Assembly: GCA_965214605.1 (NCBI GenBank)
Contig: OZ243961.1
Location: 4,000,001-4,064,000 of the forward strand
Source: an uncultured Candidatus Binatia bacterium
GTDB lineage: Bacteria > Desulfobacterota > Binatia > Bin18
DNA length: 64,000 nucleotides
Direction: 5' to 3'
Part shown: one piece after another, positions 1 to 9,323 of the stretch
How positions within the stretch are numbered: the first letter of the stretch is position 1
How the letters are laid out: each line of letters begins with the position of its first letter
Notes under the pieces: model-generated
Seen by the model: only the letters and a program-made list of their open reading frames with translations
Database searches by the model: none
What the model was told of the DNA's origin: nothing
Made by a program: the position numbers and the translations under genes

Positions 1-2185
1 TGAGATTTGTGAGGCCGGGAAGTCCACTGACCCTCCTCAGTACTTCGTCGGCAATGTTGACATCGGTCAGCGCGCCGTCCGTGACCTCCAACTCGCCCTG
101 ACCGTGCAAACTGGGTTGTATCGCCTGCCAGTCCTGGCCCTGGCCGGTGAGATCCACAGTGAGACCGGCCGTGCCGTGCGCCGCGTCAAGCGCTCCTGGC
201 AGGGAGGCTTTAAACAGCTCAACTAGCTCAATATGCGAGATGTGTGAAGCGAGCTGGAACTGGGGCGGGACCGCGCCCGTATCGTAGTGTCCAGAGGCAG
301 TGACTGAGCCGCCGAGTGTGTGAAGGCTGAGATGATCAAGCTTGGCCACTTGGTTGTGCAACGACAGCTCGGTTTGCAGGTCAGTATAGGGAGCATCCGC
401 CAGCCTGCCTTGGGCGGATGAAAGCGTGGCGCTCAGTGCCGGCCGCTCATGCTCCAGCCAGAGTCTGCCGTCGCTCTTCAGAGTGCTGAGGACGTCGTTG
501 GAAACGGCCTGCCCGCCGCTGGCCCCGACATCTGCCAGCCACAGCTCGGGCGAACTCAGGCTATAGCTGGCCTCCAGAGGACTGAAACGCGCAACGCTGG
601 CGGTAAACTCAAGGACCGATCTGCCGATTTGAGCCGAGGCGTTTTCAATAGCGGCACCTTGACCGGTAAAGGTAATTGAGGTGTTCAAGTCGGTCACCGG
701 TTGGGGGAGCTGGGCCGGACTCACGCTTGCCTGGCGTAGGTCAAGCGTCCCCGTAATCGCGGGTAGCCCTTCTTTGGCCCCCTCTCTGTTGACCTGGAGG
801 GCCAGCTCCATCTGACCGAGGGGAGAAAAAGCTTGCAGGTCGGGCAAGATCTCTTGCCAGCCGGCTAGGTCGACAACATTGGAGTCTAGCTGCAGGTCTA
901 GGCCCGGAGTTTTGCCGAGCCTCACCTCACCGCTACTTGTCAATACAAGCGTGTGCAGCTGGATTTTTGCCCTTTGTACCGCAATGCTCTCTGGCGCCAG
1001 GCGGGTGTCGGTTGACACGACTAGAGGCGTGCCCTGAGGTTTCTGAAACTGGTCGCCAAACCGAAGAGCGCTGTCCGTTGCATCGAGTGCTGCGGTGAGG
1101 GCCAGCTTGTTCAGCCCGCCCTCAGCATGGACCGTCACCGTGGCCGAGCCCTCAGCGCTTAGTTGGGGCGGAAGATATGCGGCCAGCGGGGCAAATTTCA
1201 GCAGCTGGGGCAAGTCGACCGGCCCCAGGGCAATATCGTTATTGAGGTTCAGCGCAGCCATATCGGGACCTAGCGGACCCGCCTCACCTGTCACCTGCAG
1301 ATTGGCTTGGTTGGATTCAAACACCGACGCCGTCAGTCGCAAATCCGACACCATCAGGGCTCCGGCAGTTCCAGATACGCGACTGCTGACACGTAGCGGG
1401 CCAGACAGGCCGAGGCCGGGTGGGATCTGGGGAAGAGTCTGGCGCAGGACGGCACTCTCAAGCGGGTCTAGCCTCAGGCTAGCGTCAACGGCCAGGAGTT
1501 CGGCCTCAACCGCTCGGCCCAGCGGGCCGAAGCTGCCCGCTACGTAGAGATTCTGCTGCTCGGACATAAACGCTGCGGCCAGCTCTAGGCTAAGGGGTCG
1601 ATCAAAGCTGAGATTTTCGACCTTGAGGTCGAGCTGGCTGACGCGCAGCTCGGTATCGGTGTGTTGATCTGTGTAGTGAATATCGCCGTTAGAGATGTTG
1701 GCCAGTGCCACCAACAGCAGCGGAAGACTCTCCACGGCGCTCGACGCTGTTGTGGTCTCGGAAATTTGGGGCGGAGCGTCTTGCGTCTCTCCTCCACCTA
1801 GGCTGGCAAAATTAAACACTCCCTGGGGGTTGCGAATCACCCGAATGACTGGGTCACGCACAAGGACCCGCCTGACCTCAATCTCTTGCCTGAGAAGCGG
1901 CATGAGCTTGACCTTGATCTGCAAGTCGGTTGCGCGAACAAAAGTCTCCGAGGAAAAAGCCGGGTCATCGGCCAGAGTCACGTTTTGCAACCGGGCTCCA
2001 ACTCCACCCCACAGGCTAATCTCAATTTCCCCAATCTCTACCGTACGGCCTAGCGCTTGCTCAACTTGAGCCAACAGCTGATCTTTATTGGCGTTGACAA
2101 GCCCATTGAGATTCGACACGGCAAAGCCGAGCAGGCCGCCGATAAGGAGTAAGAGTACTAGGCCACAGACAATCAATTTCCGCAT
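1..2185 (-). CDS. AsmA-family protein (3' end beyond window)
   Basis: Not in the ORF track because it runs off the edge. Manual translation from the ATG at 2185 gives MRKLIVCGLVLLLLIGGLLGFAVSNLNGLVNANKDQLLAQVEQALGRTVEIGEIEISLWGGVGARLQNVTLADDPAFS, a typical AsmA N-terminus (TM anchor, ALGRxVxIG, beta-rich continuation). Confidence 0.8.
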   Translation of the reverse strand, partial: MRKLIVCGLVLLLLIGGLLGFAVSNLNGLVNANKDQLLAQVEQALGRTVEIGEIEISLWGGVGARLQNVTLADDPAFSSETFVRATDLQIKVKLMPLLRQEIEVRRVLVRDPVIRVIRNPQGVFNFASLGGGETQDAPPQISETTTASSAVESLPLLLVALANISNGDIHYTDQHTDTELRVSQLDLKVENLSFDRPLSLELAAAFMSEQQNLYVAGSFGPLGRAVEAELLAVDASLRLDPLESAVLRQTLPQIPPGLGLSGPLRVSSRVSGTAGALMVSDLRLTASVFESNQANLQVTGEAGPLGPDMAALNLNNDIALGPVDLPQLLKFAPLAAYLPPQLSAEGSATVTVHAEGGLNKLALTAALDATDSALRFGDQFQKPQGTPLVVSTDTRLAPESIAVQRAKIQLHTLVLTSSGEVRLGKTPGLDLQLDSNVVDLAGWQEILPDLQAFSPLGQMELALQVNREGAKEGLPAITGTLDLRQASVSPAQLPQPVTDLNTSITFTGQGAAIENASAQIGRSVLEFTASVARFSPLEASYSLSSPELWLADVGASGGQAVSNDVLSTLKSDGRLWLEHERPALSATLSSAQGRLADAPYTDLQTELSLHNQVAKLDHLSLHTLGGSVTASGHYDTGAVPPQFQLASHISHIELVELFKASLPGALDAAHGTAGLTVDLTGQGQDWQAIQPSLHGQGELEVTDGALTDVNIADEVLRRVSGLPGLTNL

Positions 2186-2922
2186 TGTAGTCCGTCTTCT
2201 CCCGCGTTGAGAACAAGTGTCAGCACGTCCGGAATACGGCGAATGACGTGCTGGGGACGCGGCTCGCGATCTGGTGGCGGCTGGTCATCCCGGGACCAGA
2301 TCAAAACGGACCGCAGCCCCAGCCGATTAGCTCCCGCAATATCTTGCTGCAGCGAGTCACCGACAAAGAACGCTTCGTGCGGCTCACAGCCGGCGTGGTC
2401 TAAGGCCCGGTGAAAGATACCGAGATCTGGTTTGCACGATTGGGCCTGCTGGCTGGTCAGCAACAAGTCAAAGTAGCGCTTCAAGCGGCTGAGTTCCATC
2501 ATGTGGGCAAACTGGTCATCATCGACATTGCTGACAATACCGAGGTAGAGTCCTCGGCGGCGGAGTTCGCGGAGCGTCTCTTGAACGCCGTCCCGCAAGA
2601 CGAAATCTTTTGCCCGCCGTTCAAACTGAGCCGCCCGGTAACGGCTGAGCAGCTCGTCGCTGAGGGTCACACCGTACTTTTTGGCCAGAGTATGCAATAC
2701 CTCGTCGAATAAATCACGGTGCAGATAATATGGACGGTCTAAATAGTCATAAAAGACACGCTTGAGGGCTGCCCGGTAGGTCCGTCGAATATCTCGCTCA
2801 TCTGCCCCAATGCCCGTCCAGCGGGCGAGGGCGATCAGGACATCCCGCTCGCCCGCAGCCAGGGTCTCATAGTCAAAAAGCGTGCCCCCAAAATCAAACA
2901 ATACGGCCCGGACCGAGGCCAT
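2173..2922 (-). CDS. HAD-superfamily hydrolase
   Basis: Motifs AVLFDFGGTL, GIVSN, KPD and FVGDSLQQDIAGAN; GAAGGAG RBS before the ATG at 2922; overlaps the AsmA start. Confidence 0.85.
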   Translation of the reverse strand: MASVRAVLFDFGGTLFDYETLAAGERDVLIALARWTGIGADERDIRRTYRAALKRVFYDYLDRPYYLHRDLFDEVLHTLAKKYGVTLSDELLSRYRAAQFERRAKDFVLRDGVQETLRELRRRGLYLGIVSNVDDDQFAHMMELSRLKRYFDLLLTSQQAQSCKPDLGIFHRALDHAGCEPHEAFFVGDSLQQDIAGANRLGLRSVLIWSRDDQPPPDREPRPQHVIRRIPDVLTLVLNAGEDGLQCGN

Positions 2923-3117
2923 CACGCACTCCTTCACAAAATACTTTGAACACGTTCTGACATATTCGGTTGCGTCGTGCTAGCGGCTTGGCGAGATTAA
3001 AAGTCGGAGGCCAAAGCTGGAGAAAGGGATGAGGCTTGTGACAGGTTGTCTTAAACCTTAAATCCCCTGTACGTTCCGCCTTTTGACATTTGACTTGTCT
3101 TTTGTTTGACTGAGCCT

Positions 3118-3519
3118 ATGTTCCTACGTCTTCTCCTCCTTTTCACCCTTCTCCCCCTCCTTGAACTCTACCTGCTCATTACCATCGGGAGATACCTTGG
3201 AGTCGGACCGACCATTCTCCTCGTTCTTGGCACAGGTATGGCCGGGGCGTATTTGGCCCGACTGGAAGGCTGGCGGACGTGGTGGAAGATCCAGAGCGAG
3301 TGGCAGCGGGGTGGGATGCCGGCAAATGAGTTGATTGACGGAGTCCTGATTATGGCCGCCGGCTTATTGTTGATTACGCCTGGCGTCTTGACCGATGTGT
3401 TTGGTTTGAGCCTGCTGTTTCCGCCCACCCGTGGCGCCCTCAAGCGGTCTATCCGCCGCGCTCTCGAAAAACGTGTCGAATCAACACATATTGAGGTCCA
3501 TTTTGACCGTTTATCCTAG
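3118..3519 (+). CDS. fxsA: FxsA family membrane protein
   Basis: LFTLLPLLELYLLITIG ... GLLLITPGVLTDVFGLSLLFPPTR signature. Confidence 0.85.
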   Translation: MFLRLLLLFTLLPLLELYLLITIGRYLGVGPTILLVLGTGMAGAYLARLEGWRTWWKIQSEWQRGGMPANELIDGVLIMAAGLLLITPGVLTDVFGLSLLFPPTRGALKRSIRRALEKRVESTHIEVHFDRLS

Positions 3520-3558
3520 CGGTTCAAGCTGAACCGGAGCCTTGGTCTGAGAAAGAGC

Positions 3559-5583
3559 ATGTCCGTGTCATTCGCCGACCGTGCCGGGTTTGGATTTGTC
3601 CGGGTTGCTGCGGCTTCGCCGTCAGTCCGAGTTGCGGACTGTGGCTTCAACGCGCGGCGTATCCTCGCTATGATGGAACGCGCTCAACAGCAAGACGTGG
3701 CGGTTCTGGTTCTTCCCGAGCTATGTTTGACCGGCTATACCTGCGCCGACCTTTTTCACCATCAGCGTCTCCAGCAGGCGGCGCTGAGCGCTCTGGAAAA
3801 CCTTATCACACATACTGCCCGAGAGTTTTCGGGGCTCGTTTTGGTCGGCCTTCCGCTAGCCGTTGAGGGGCAACTTTTTAACTGCGCGGCAGTCATCTGC
3901 CAGGGCGCGTTGCTAGGGATTGTGCCCAAGTCTTTTTTGCCCACCTATCGGGAATTTTATGAGCGGCGGTGGTTTGCGCCGGCTGCAGCCACCCCAAGCG
4001 CGCAGATCTCCCTGCTTGGCCGATCGATCCCGTTTGGCAACGACCTTCTCTTTGTGGCCGACGGCTGGGAGCAGCTCGTTGTCGGCGTTGAGATTTGTGA
4101 AGACCTGTGGGTCCCGCAGCCGCCCAGTTCACGCCAGGCCGTAGACGGGGCAACCGTCCTCGTCAATCTGTCGGGCAGCAATGAGGGCACTAGCAAGGCC
4201 GCGTACCGCCGCCAGCTTGTGATCGGTCAGGCGGCTCGGTGTGTCGCCGCCTATGCCTACAGCGCCTGTGGAGATGGGGAATCGAGTACAGATCTGGCCT
4301 TCGGCGGACACTGCTTGATTGCCGAAAACGGCACCTTGCTGGCCGAATCTGAACCGTTTGGTGGGGACGAGGTGTTGTGTATGGCCGACATTGACCTCGA
4401 ACGCTTACACGCCGACCGGCTGCGGATGGGCAGTTTTCACGACAGTCGGAGCCTCGGGCAGCCGCCCCTCCGGCGGGAGTTGTTTGCCTTTGCTCCGCGT
4501 CCGGTTCCGGCTCGCCTAGCTCGACCGGTTGAGGCTCATCCCTTTGTTCCTTCCGGTCAGGACGATTTGCGCGAGCGCTGCGAAGAGATCTTTCGCATCC
4601 AGGTCGCAGGTCTGGGTTCGCGTTTACGTCACCTCAACATCCCTCCGGTGGCAATTGGGGTGTCGGGCGGCCTAGACTCAACCTTGGCGCTTTTGGTGAC
4701 ATGTCGCACTGCGGATCGGATCGGTATGCCGCGTCAACATATTCAGGCCTTCACTATGCCTGGCTACGGTACCACCCAGCGCACTAAAAAAAATGCGGCC
4801 GATTTAATGTACCAACTCGGCGTATCAAGCCGTCAGATCGATATTCGCCAACTGTGTCTGGATGAAATGCGGACCCTCGACCATAGACCGTTCGGGATAC
4901 GGCTGGAGGGGCTGAGTGTCGCAGCCCTCAGCCAGCAGCTCAGGCAGTTGCCGTCCGAGGCGCGTCACGATCTGGTTTTTGAGAATGTGCAAGCCCGGAT
5001 GCGGACCAGTCTCTTGATGAATAGCGGGTTTGTGATTGGCACCGGAGACCTATCTGAGCTGGCCCTGGGATGGGCGACGTATAATGCTGATCACATGAGC
5101 ATGTATAATCCGAATGTCGGTATTCCCAAAACCTTGGTCCGGTTTTTGGTCGCTTGGGCGGCTGAGCACGAGTTTAGCGGAGCCGTACGGACAACGCTCC
5201 GGGCGGTGGTTGATACCCCGATCTCGCCCGAGCTCTTACCAACCAACCCGGCCGGCGACATTGTCCAGGAAACAGAAGGCATCATTGGTCCGTACGAACT
5301 GCATGATTTCTTTCTGTTCCATTTTCTGCGCTACGGCACCGCTCCGTCCAAGATTTTATACCTCGCCGGTCAGGCCCGTTTTAGCCGGCCCTACTCGCCC
5401 CAAGAGATCCAGCGGTGGCTGAAGGTTTTTCTGAGCCGCTTCTTTGCCAATCAGTACAAACGATCATGTCTGCCGGATGGACCGAAAGTTGGTTCGGTGA
5501 GTCTGTCGCCCCGCAGCGACTGGCGTATGCCGAGTGACGCTCAAGTTGCGCAGTGGTTAGCCGATTTGGAGGACGAGCGATAA
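3559..5583 (+). CDS. nadE: Glutamine-dependent NAD(+) synthetase
   Basis: Nitrilase-type domain (PELCLTGYTC, EFYERRWF, EICEDLW) fused to a synthetase domain (GVSGGLDST, ENVQARMRT, GTGDLSE, QYKRSCLPDGPKVG). Confidence 0.95.
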   Translation: MSVSFADRAGFGFVRVAAASPSVRVADCGFNARRILAMMERAQQQDVAVLVLPELCLTGYTCADLFHHQRLQQAALSALENLITHTAREFSGLVLVGLPLAVEGQLFNCAAVICQGALLGIVPKSFLPTYREFYERRWFAPAAATPSAQISLLGRSIPFGNDLLFVADGWEQLVVGVEICEDLWVPQPPSSRQAVDGATVLVNLSGSNEGTSKAAYRRQLVIGQAARCVAAYAYSACGDGESSTDLAFGGHCLIAENGTLLAESEPFGGDEVLCMADIDLERLHADRLRMGSFHDSRSLGQPPLRRELFAFAPRPVPARLARPVEAHPFVPSGQDDLRERCEEIFRIQVAGLGSRLRHLNIPPVAIGVSGGLDSTLALLVTCRTADRIGMPRQHIQAFTMPGYGTTQRTKKNAADLMYQLGVSSRQIDIRQLCLDEMRTLDHRPFGIRLEGLSVAALSQQLRQLPSEARHDLVFENVQARMRTSLLMNSGFVIGTGDLSELALGWATYNADHMSMYNPNVGIPKTLVRFLVAWAAEHEFSGAVRTTLRAVVDTPISPELLPTNPAGDIVQETEGIIGPYELHDFFLFHFLRYGTAPSKILYLAGQARFSRPYSPQEIQRWLKVFLSRFFANQYKRSCLPDGPKVGSVSLSPRSDWRMPSDAQVAQWLADLEDER

Positions 5584-5629
5584 GATATCTGCGGAGCCTA
5601 AGAGATGGTGGCGGGTAGCCGACCGCATA

Positions 5630-6889
5630 ATGAGAACGTCTATGATTAGTGCTGCTGTCATTTTGTTACCAACAACCTGTCATCCGCTCACCATGCTTGG
5701 CGGACTGTCTTTGCTCAAGCGGGCGATTTTTACCGCCCAGCGTGTGGGTGCAAAAACGTGCTATCTGGTCTCCGGTCAAACGGCCGAACAGACGCATGGG
5801 CTGCATCAGTCGCTGTCCGACGACCCGCGCCTGAGCAGTGAGTTGGTGTGGCTTGGCCCACAGCAAACCGAGATGGCCGCCACATCGTTGCCGGCCAGGC
5901 CGAACGGCGAGCAGTGTCTCGCCTTTGAGGTCCAGACTGTGTTTTCGGTCGATTTGGGCCGCGCCCTGGCCGATGCTGCAACGCCGCAGGACGTTTGGGC
6001 GGTGGGCGTAGGTCCGCAGGATTACACCCTTGTTCTCTTTCCGCTGCAGAGACTCCCTACTGCTGTGGCACGGCTGCTGAGCACGGGTGTGGGTCTCGCT
6101 AGGGGAGACTGGGGAGAAGATGTGCGTCGCTTTTCGGCCGACAGCTATTTTTTGACCCAGGTGTCTCGTCCCGGCTTGGTAGCCGACACCGAGAAAGCCC
6201 TGCTCCTGTCTCTACCAAACCCCAAAGACGGCCTGGTTGATGCCTATCTCAACCGGAAATTATCGCGTCCCTTAACCCGTCTCCTGCTCCGCACTCCGCT
6301 GACGCCTAATCACATTACCCTTTTCTCGTGCAGCATCGGTCTGCTTGGAGCGGCCTGCTTTTGGGGCGGAGGCTATGGTTGGTCGATTCTCGGCGGCCTG
6401 CTGTTGCAGTTTTCCGCAGTGGTCGATTGCATCGACGGCGAGGTTGCGCGGGTAAAGTTTCTGGAATCCCCCTTGGGGGCGTGGCTCGATATCACCCTTG
6501 ATACCGTCGTGCATATCGTCATCTTTCTGGGGGTTGGTATAGCGGTCTGGAAACAGGGGGGTGCCACCTATGCGCCGCTTCTTGGCGGAGCGCTGGCCGT
6601 TGGAGCGGCAATCTGTTTTCCTTTTGTCACCATGGCCGAGAAGACCGAGGAGCGGGGTAAAAAGCAGGGCGGTTGGGAGAATACGATTATCCAGCAGATG
6701 ATCGAAGGGCTGACGAGTCGCGACTACTCAATCATCCTCCTCCTGTGTGCGCTGATCCAGAAACTGTCGTGGTTTCTGTGGAGCGCAGCGATTGGCGTCC
6801 AGGTGTTCTGGTGCACGCTCGCCGTCCTCCTGCACAAAGCGGGGCGACTGAATTGGGCGGTTTTTTCGTCACGTTCACTTGACGCCTGA
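5630..6889 (+). CDS. CDP-alcohol phosphatidyltransferase family protein with degenerate N-terminal nucleotidyltransferase-like domain
   Basis: TPNHIT and DCIDGEVAR...GAWLDITLD motifs; N-terminal GGLSLLKRAI resembles NTP-transferase starts. Confidence 0.8.
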   Translation: MRTSMISAAVILLPTTCHPLTMLGGLSLLKRAIFTAQRVGAKTCYLVSGQTAEQTHGLHQSLSDDPRLSSELVWLGPQQTEMAATSLPARPNGEQCLAFEVQTVFSVDLGRALADAATPQDVWAVGVGPQDYTLVLFPLQRLPTAVARLLSTGVGLARGDWGEDVRRFSADSYFLTQVSRPGLVADTEKALLLSLPNPKDGLVDAYLNRKLSRPLTRLLLRTPLTPNHITLFSCSIGLLGAACFWGGGYGWSILGGLLLQFSAVVDCIDGEVARVKFLESPLGAWLDITLDTVVHIVIFLGVGIAVWKQGGATYAPLLGGALAVGAAICFPFVTMAEKTEERGKKQGGWENTIIQQMIEGLTSRDYSIILLLCALIQKLSWFLWSAAIGVQVFWCTLAVLLHKAGRLNWAVFSSRSLDA

Positions 6890-6914
6890 GGTGAGCCGGG
6901 GGGGAGGACCAGGA

Positions 6915-7415
6915 ATGGAGAGCACAATAGACGCCCGGCCCGGTACCTATGCGTTGATACTCCGAGCCTGGCCCACCGGGCGGCTTGTTCCAATTCTCCA
7001 GATCGGTCGCTGCGGAGCCTTGCGTGTCGAGACCGGTTGGTATGTCTACGTCGGTAGCGCCTTCGGCCCTGGAGGCCTCCGAGCTCGGCTCCGCCATCAC
7101 TGTCGTGTCTCGGCACTTCCCCACTGGCATATTGATTATCTGCGCCGGGCTGCCGAGCCTGAGACGGTCTGGTACAGCCACGACCCGCAGCCGCGCGAGC
7201 ATAGCTGGGCCGGGAATGTCGCACGCCTGTACTCGGCGCGTGTCCCTCTCCTTGGCTTTGGGGCGTCTGACTGTGGCTGTCTGACCCACTTGTTCTTTTT
7301 TCCCAAGCGGCCCTGTGTGTCGGTTTTTCGACGCAGGGTTGGAGCGGTCGCGCCGGATCACGCCCGGATTGAGTCGACCGCCCTTGCTGGCCTGCCCGAG
7401 GGCTTATCCGAGTAA
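6915..7415 (+). CDS. GIY-YIG nuclease, DUF123-type
   Basis: GTYALIL, GWYVYVGSAFGPGGLRARLRHH, HWHIDYL, GFGASDCGCLTHLF. Confidence 0.8.
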   Translation: MESTIDARPGTYALILRAWPTGRLVPILQIGRCGALRVETGWYVYVGSAFGPGGLRARLRHHCRVSALPHWHIDYLRRAAEPETVWYSHDPQPREHSWAGNVARLYSARVPLLGFGASDCGCLTHLFFFPKRPCVSVFRRRVGAVAPDHARIESTALAGLPEGLSE

Positions 7416-7424
7416 GGAGACACC

Positions 7425-8275
7425 ATGAGCAGCCCTCTGTCCAATAACTCCGGAGACGGTCTTCCCCACGTTAGAGGCGACGCTGAACTAGTCAATCGAC
7501 ACCGGCCGGAAACCCGTCTCCTACGTGTGTGAACCCCCACCTGGTGTCCCGCGCCGGACAGGCAGGGCCGTCAAGCAGACGATCCCGATCTACGACGGTC
7601 GCGCGGTTGCCGACCAGCTCACGCTGGATAACCAGGGCTTTCAGCTCACACGGCACGACACCAAGGTGGTCAATTTTTACGATGCTGAAGAAGTACAGAG
7701 AGTCTATTACCCCGAGGTCGAACACTTCCTGGCCAACTTCTTCGGTGCCGACAAAGTCGTAGTCTTTGACCGCAATGTGCGCTGCGCCCCAATGTCACAG
7801 CGCGGTGATAAGAATGTTCAAGAGCCGGCACGCATTGCCCACAACGACTACACCCTAAGCTCGGAGCCACAACGTGTCCGAGATTTGTTGGGCCCACAGG
7901 AAGCCGAAGAGCGCCTCAAGCACCGTGTCATGCAGATGTCCCATCCGTGGACCAGTCCAAGATGCCCCCCTGGCTGTGAGTGACGCCCAGAGCATGCGGA
8001 CCGAAGACTTTCTGGCCTGTGATCTGAAGTTTGAGGATCGAACCGGAGAGACGTACATGATCGCCCATCGGCCGACCCGCCACTGGTCCTACTTTCCCGC
8101 CATGCGGCGTTACGAGGCCTTACTCCTCAAGGGCTATGACTCGATGGATGACGGGCGGGCACGGTTTACGGGTCATACCGGATTTGACGATCCAAACACT
8201 CCGCCCGACGCGCTCCCTCGGGAGAGCATTGAAACCCGGACGTTTGTCTTTTTTGGTCCTGAGGCCGAACACTAG
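7425..8275 (+). pseudogene. CmcJ/NvfI-family oxidoreductase pseudogene
   Basis: AAGGAG RBS and ATG at 7425. Homology is spread over three frames (LDNQGFQL, YYPEVE, VFDRNVR, AHNDYT / PLAVSDAQS, WSYFPAM, HTGFDDP, PRESIETR). Frameshift near 7473, in-frame TAG at 7489-7491, and a deletion/frameshift near 7935-7940 removing the INVWRP segment. Confidence 0.8.
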
Positions 8276-8284
8276 GGGGGATAA

Positions 8285-8306
8285 GGGGGGCTGGCATCAG
8301 CCCCCC
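8285..8306. terminator. GC-rich hairpin downstream of the CmcJ-like gene
   Basis: GGGGGGCTG-GCAT-CAGCCCCCC perfect 9-bp stem; no clear U-tract. Confidence 0.45.
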
Positions 8307-8825
8307 TCACCCTTACTGAAGATGGACACGCCCGGGCGGCGTATTAAAGCCGAAGCCCAATACTAGAAGGTATCTGCATCGCGGTCAGTGTTGATAAATC
8401 GCGTCCGCGCGGCAATCGTCAGCTCCTGAATCAGCGCAGGTCTGCTGGCTCGTGAGCCGGGTTCGGCGATGTGAACCGGGTCGGCCATCATACTCGGCAC
8501 TGCTCCACCACCGCCGGTCGAATGTCAGGCCTGTCGTTCCCAATACCCCTAATGCATACGGGAGCGTGTGGTGATGGGTCTGGGTAAGACAAGTGAGGAA
8601 GACTGCTTCTTGAACAAAGTGCAGCTGGAGTCAGTCGAGATAGGAGCCAATAAGACGTCTCTACGCTTGTCGGTGTACAGAGATAGGGGCTCTCTGGTCG
8701 GTTCTAGGTTATCCAGGACTTTCGAGAGCCGGACAGCGCTAATACTGAAGCTTTCCACGTTTGCTCCCGTGGACGCGGGGACTTCTCTAGGTGGTGAGAG
8801 CTGAGCCTCGCTCCGCATTCTCGCC

Positions 8826-9323
8826 TCATACATGATAGATGTCCAACACGGTCTCAATCTCGTCGTTCAGCACAATAATCCTTTTTTTGGCGATTTTGAG
8901 ACGGTCTTGCGCGGGACGGAGGACGTATTCGTAAAAGCCAAAATAGCTCGCCGCCTGCTGGCGTTCGGTCCGATACAGGTTGACCTGCCAGTGGGCGGAG
9001 ACGTGCGGTTGCTGGTCGACTATGTCTGTTACCCGGATATTGGTCACTAGATGACAGGTCCGGGGCATAGGGACCGAGGCGATTGTTGTGCCCGACTCAA
9101 TCCGCCACACCCGGTCTTCTAGACCTGAACGATCCTTGTAGTAGATCAGCGACAGCTGCGAACGCGGATCGTCGGTCGGTTGGTTTGTGTCGTCCCAGGC
9201 CGGAATCCAAAACTCGGCATCCTCAGTATAGAGCGCTAGCCACTCGGCCCAGCGGCGTTCGTCGAGATAGGCGGCTTCTTCGTGCAGCAGGTCTGCACAC
9301 CGGGGCAACAGATCAGACATCAT
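8826..9323 (-). CDS. Aromatic ring-hydroxylating dioxygenase beta subunit (BenB/XylY-like)
   Basis: EAAYLDERRWAEWLALY, FWIPAW, SLIYYKDRSGLEDRVWRI, PRTCHLVTN, C-terminal LDIYHV; overlaps the alpha-subunit stop. Confidence 0.9.
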   Translation of the reverse strand: MMSDLLPRCADLLHEEAAYLDERRWAEWLALYTEDAEFWIPAWDDTNQPTDDPRSQLSLIYYKDRSGLEDRVWRIESGTTIASVPMPRTCHLVTNIRVTDIVDQQPHVSAHWQVNLYRTERQQAASYFGFYEYVLRPAQDRLKIAKKRIIVLNDEIETVLDIYHV

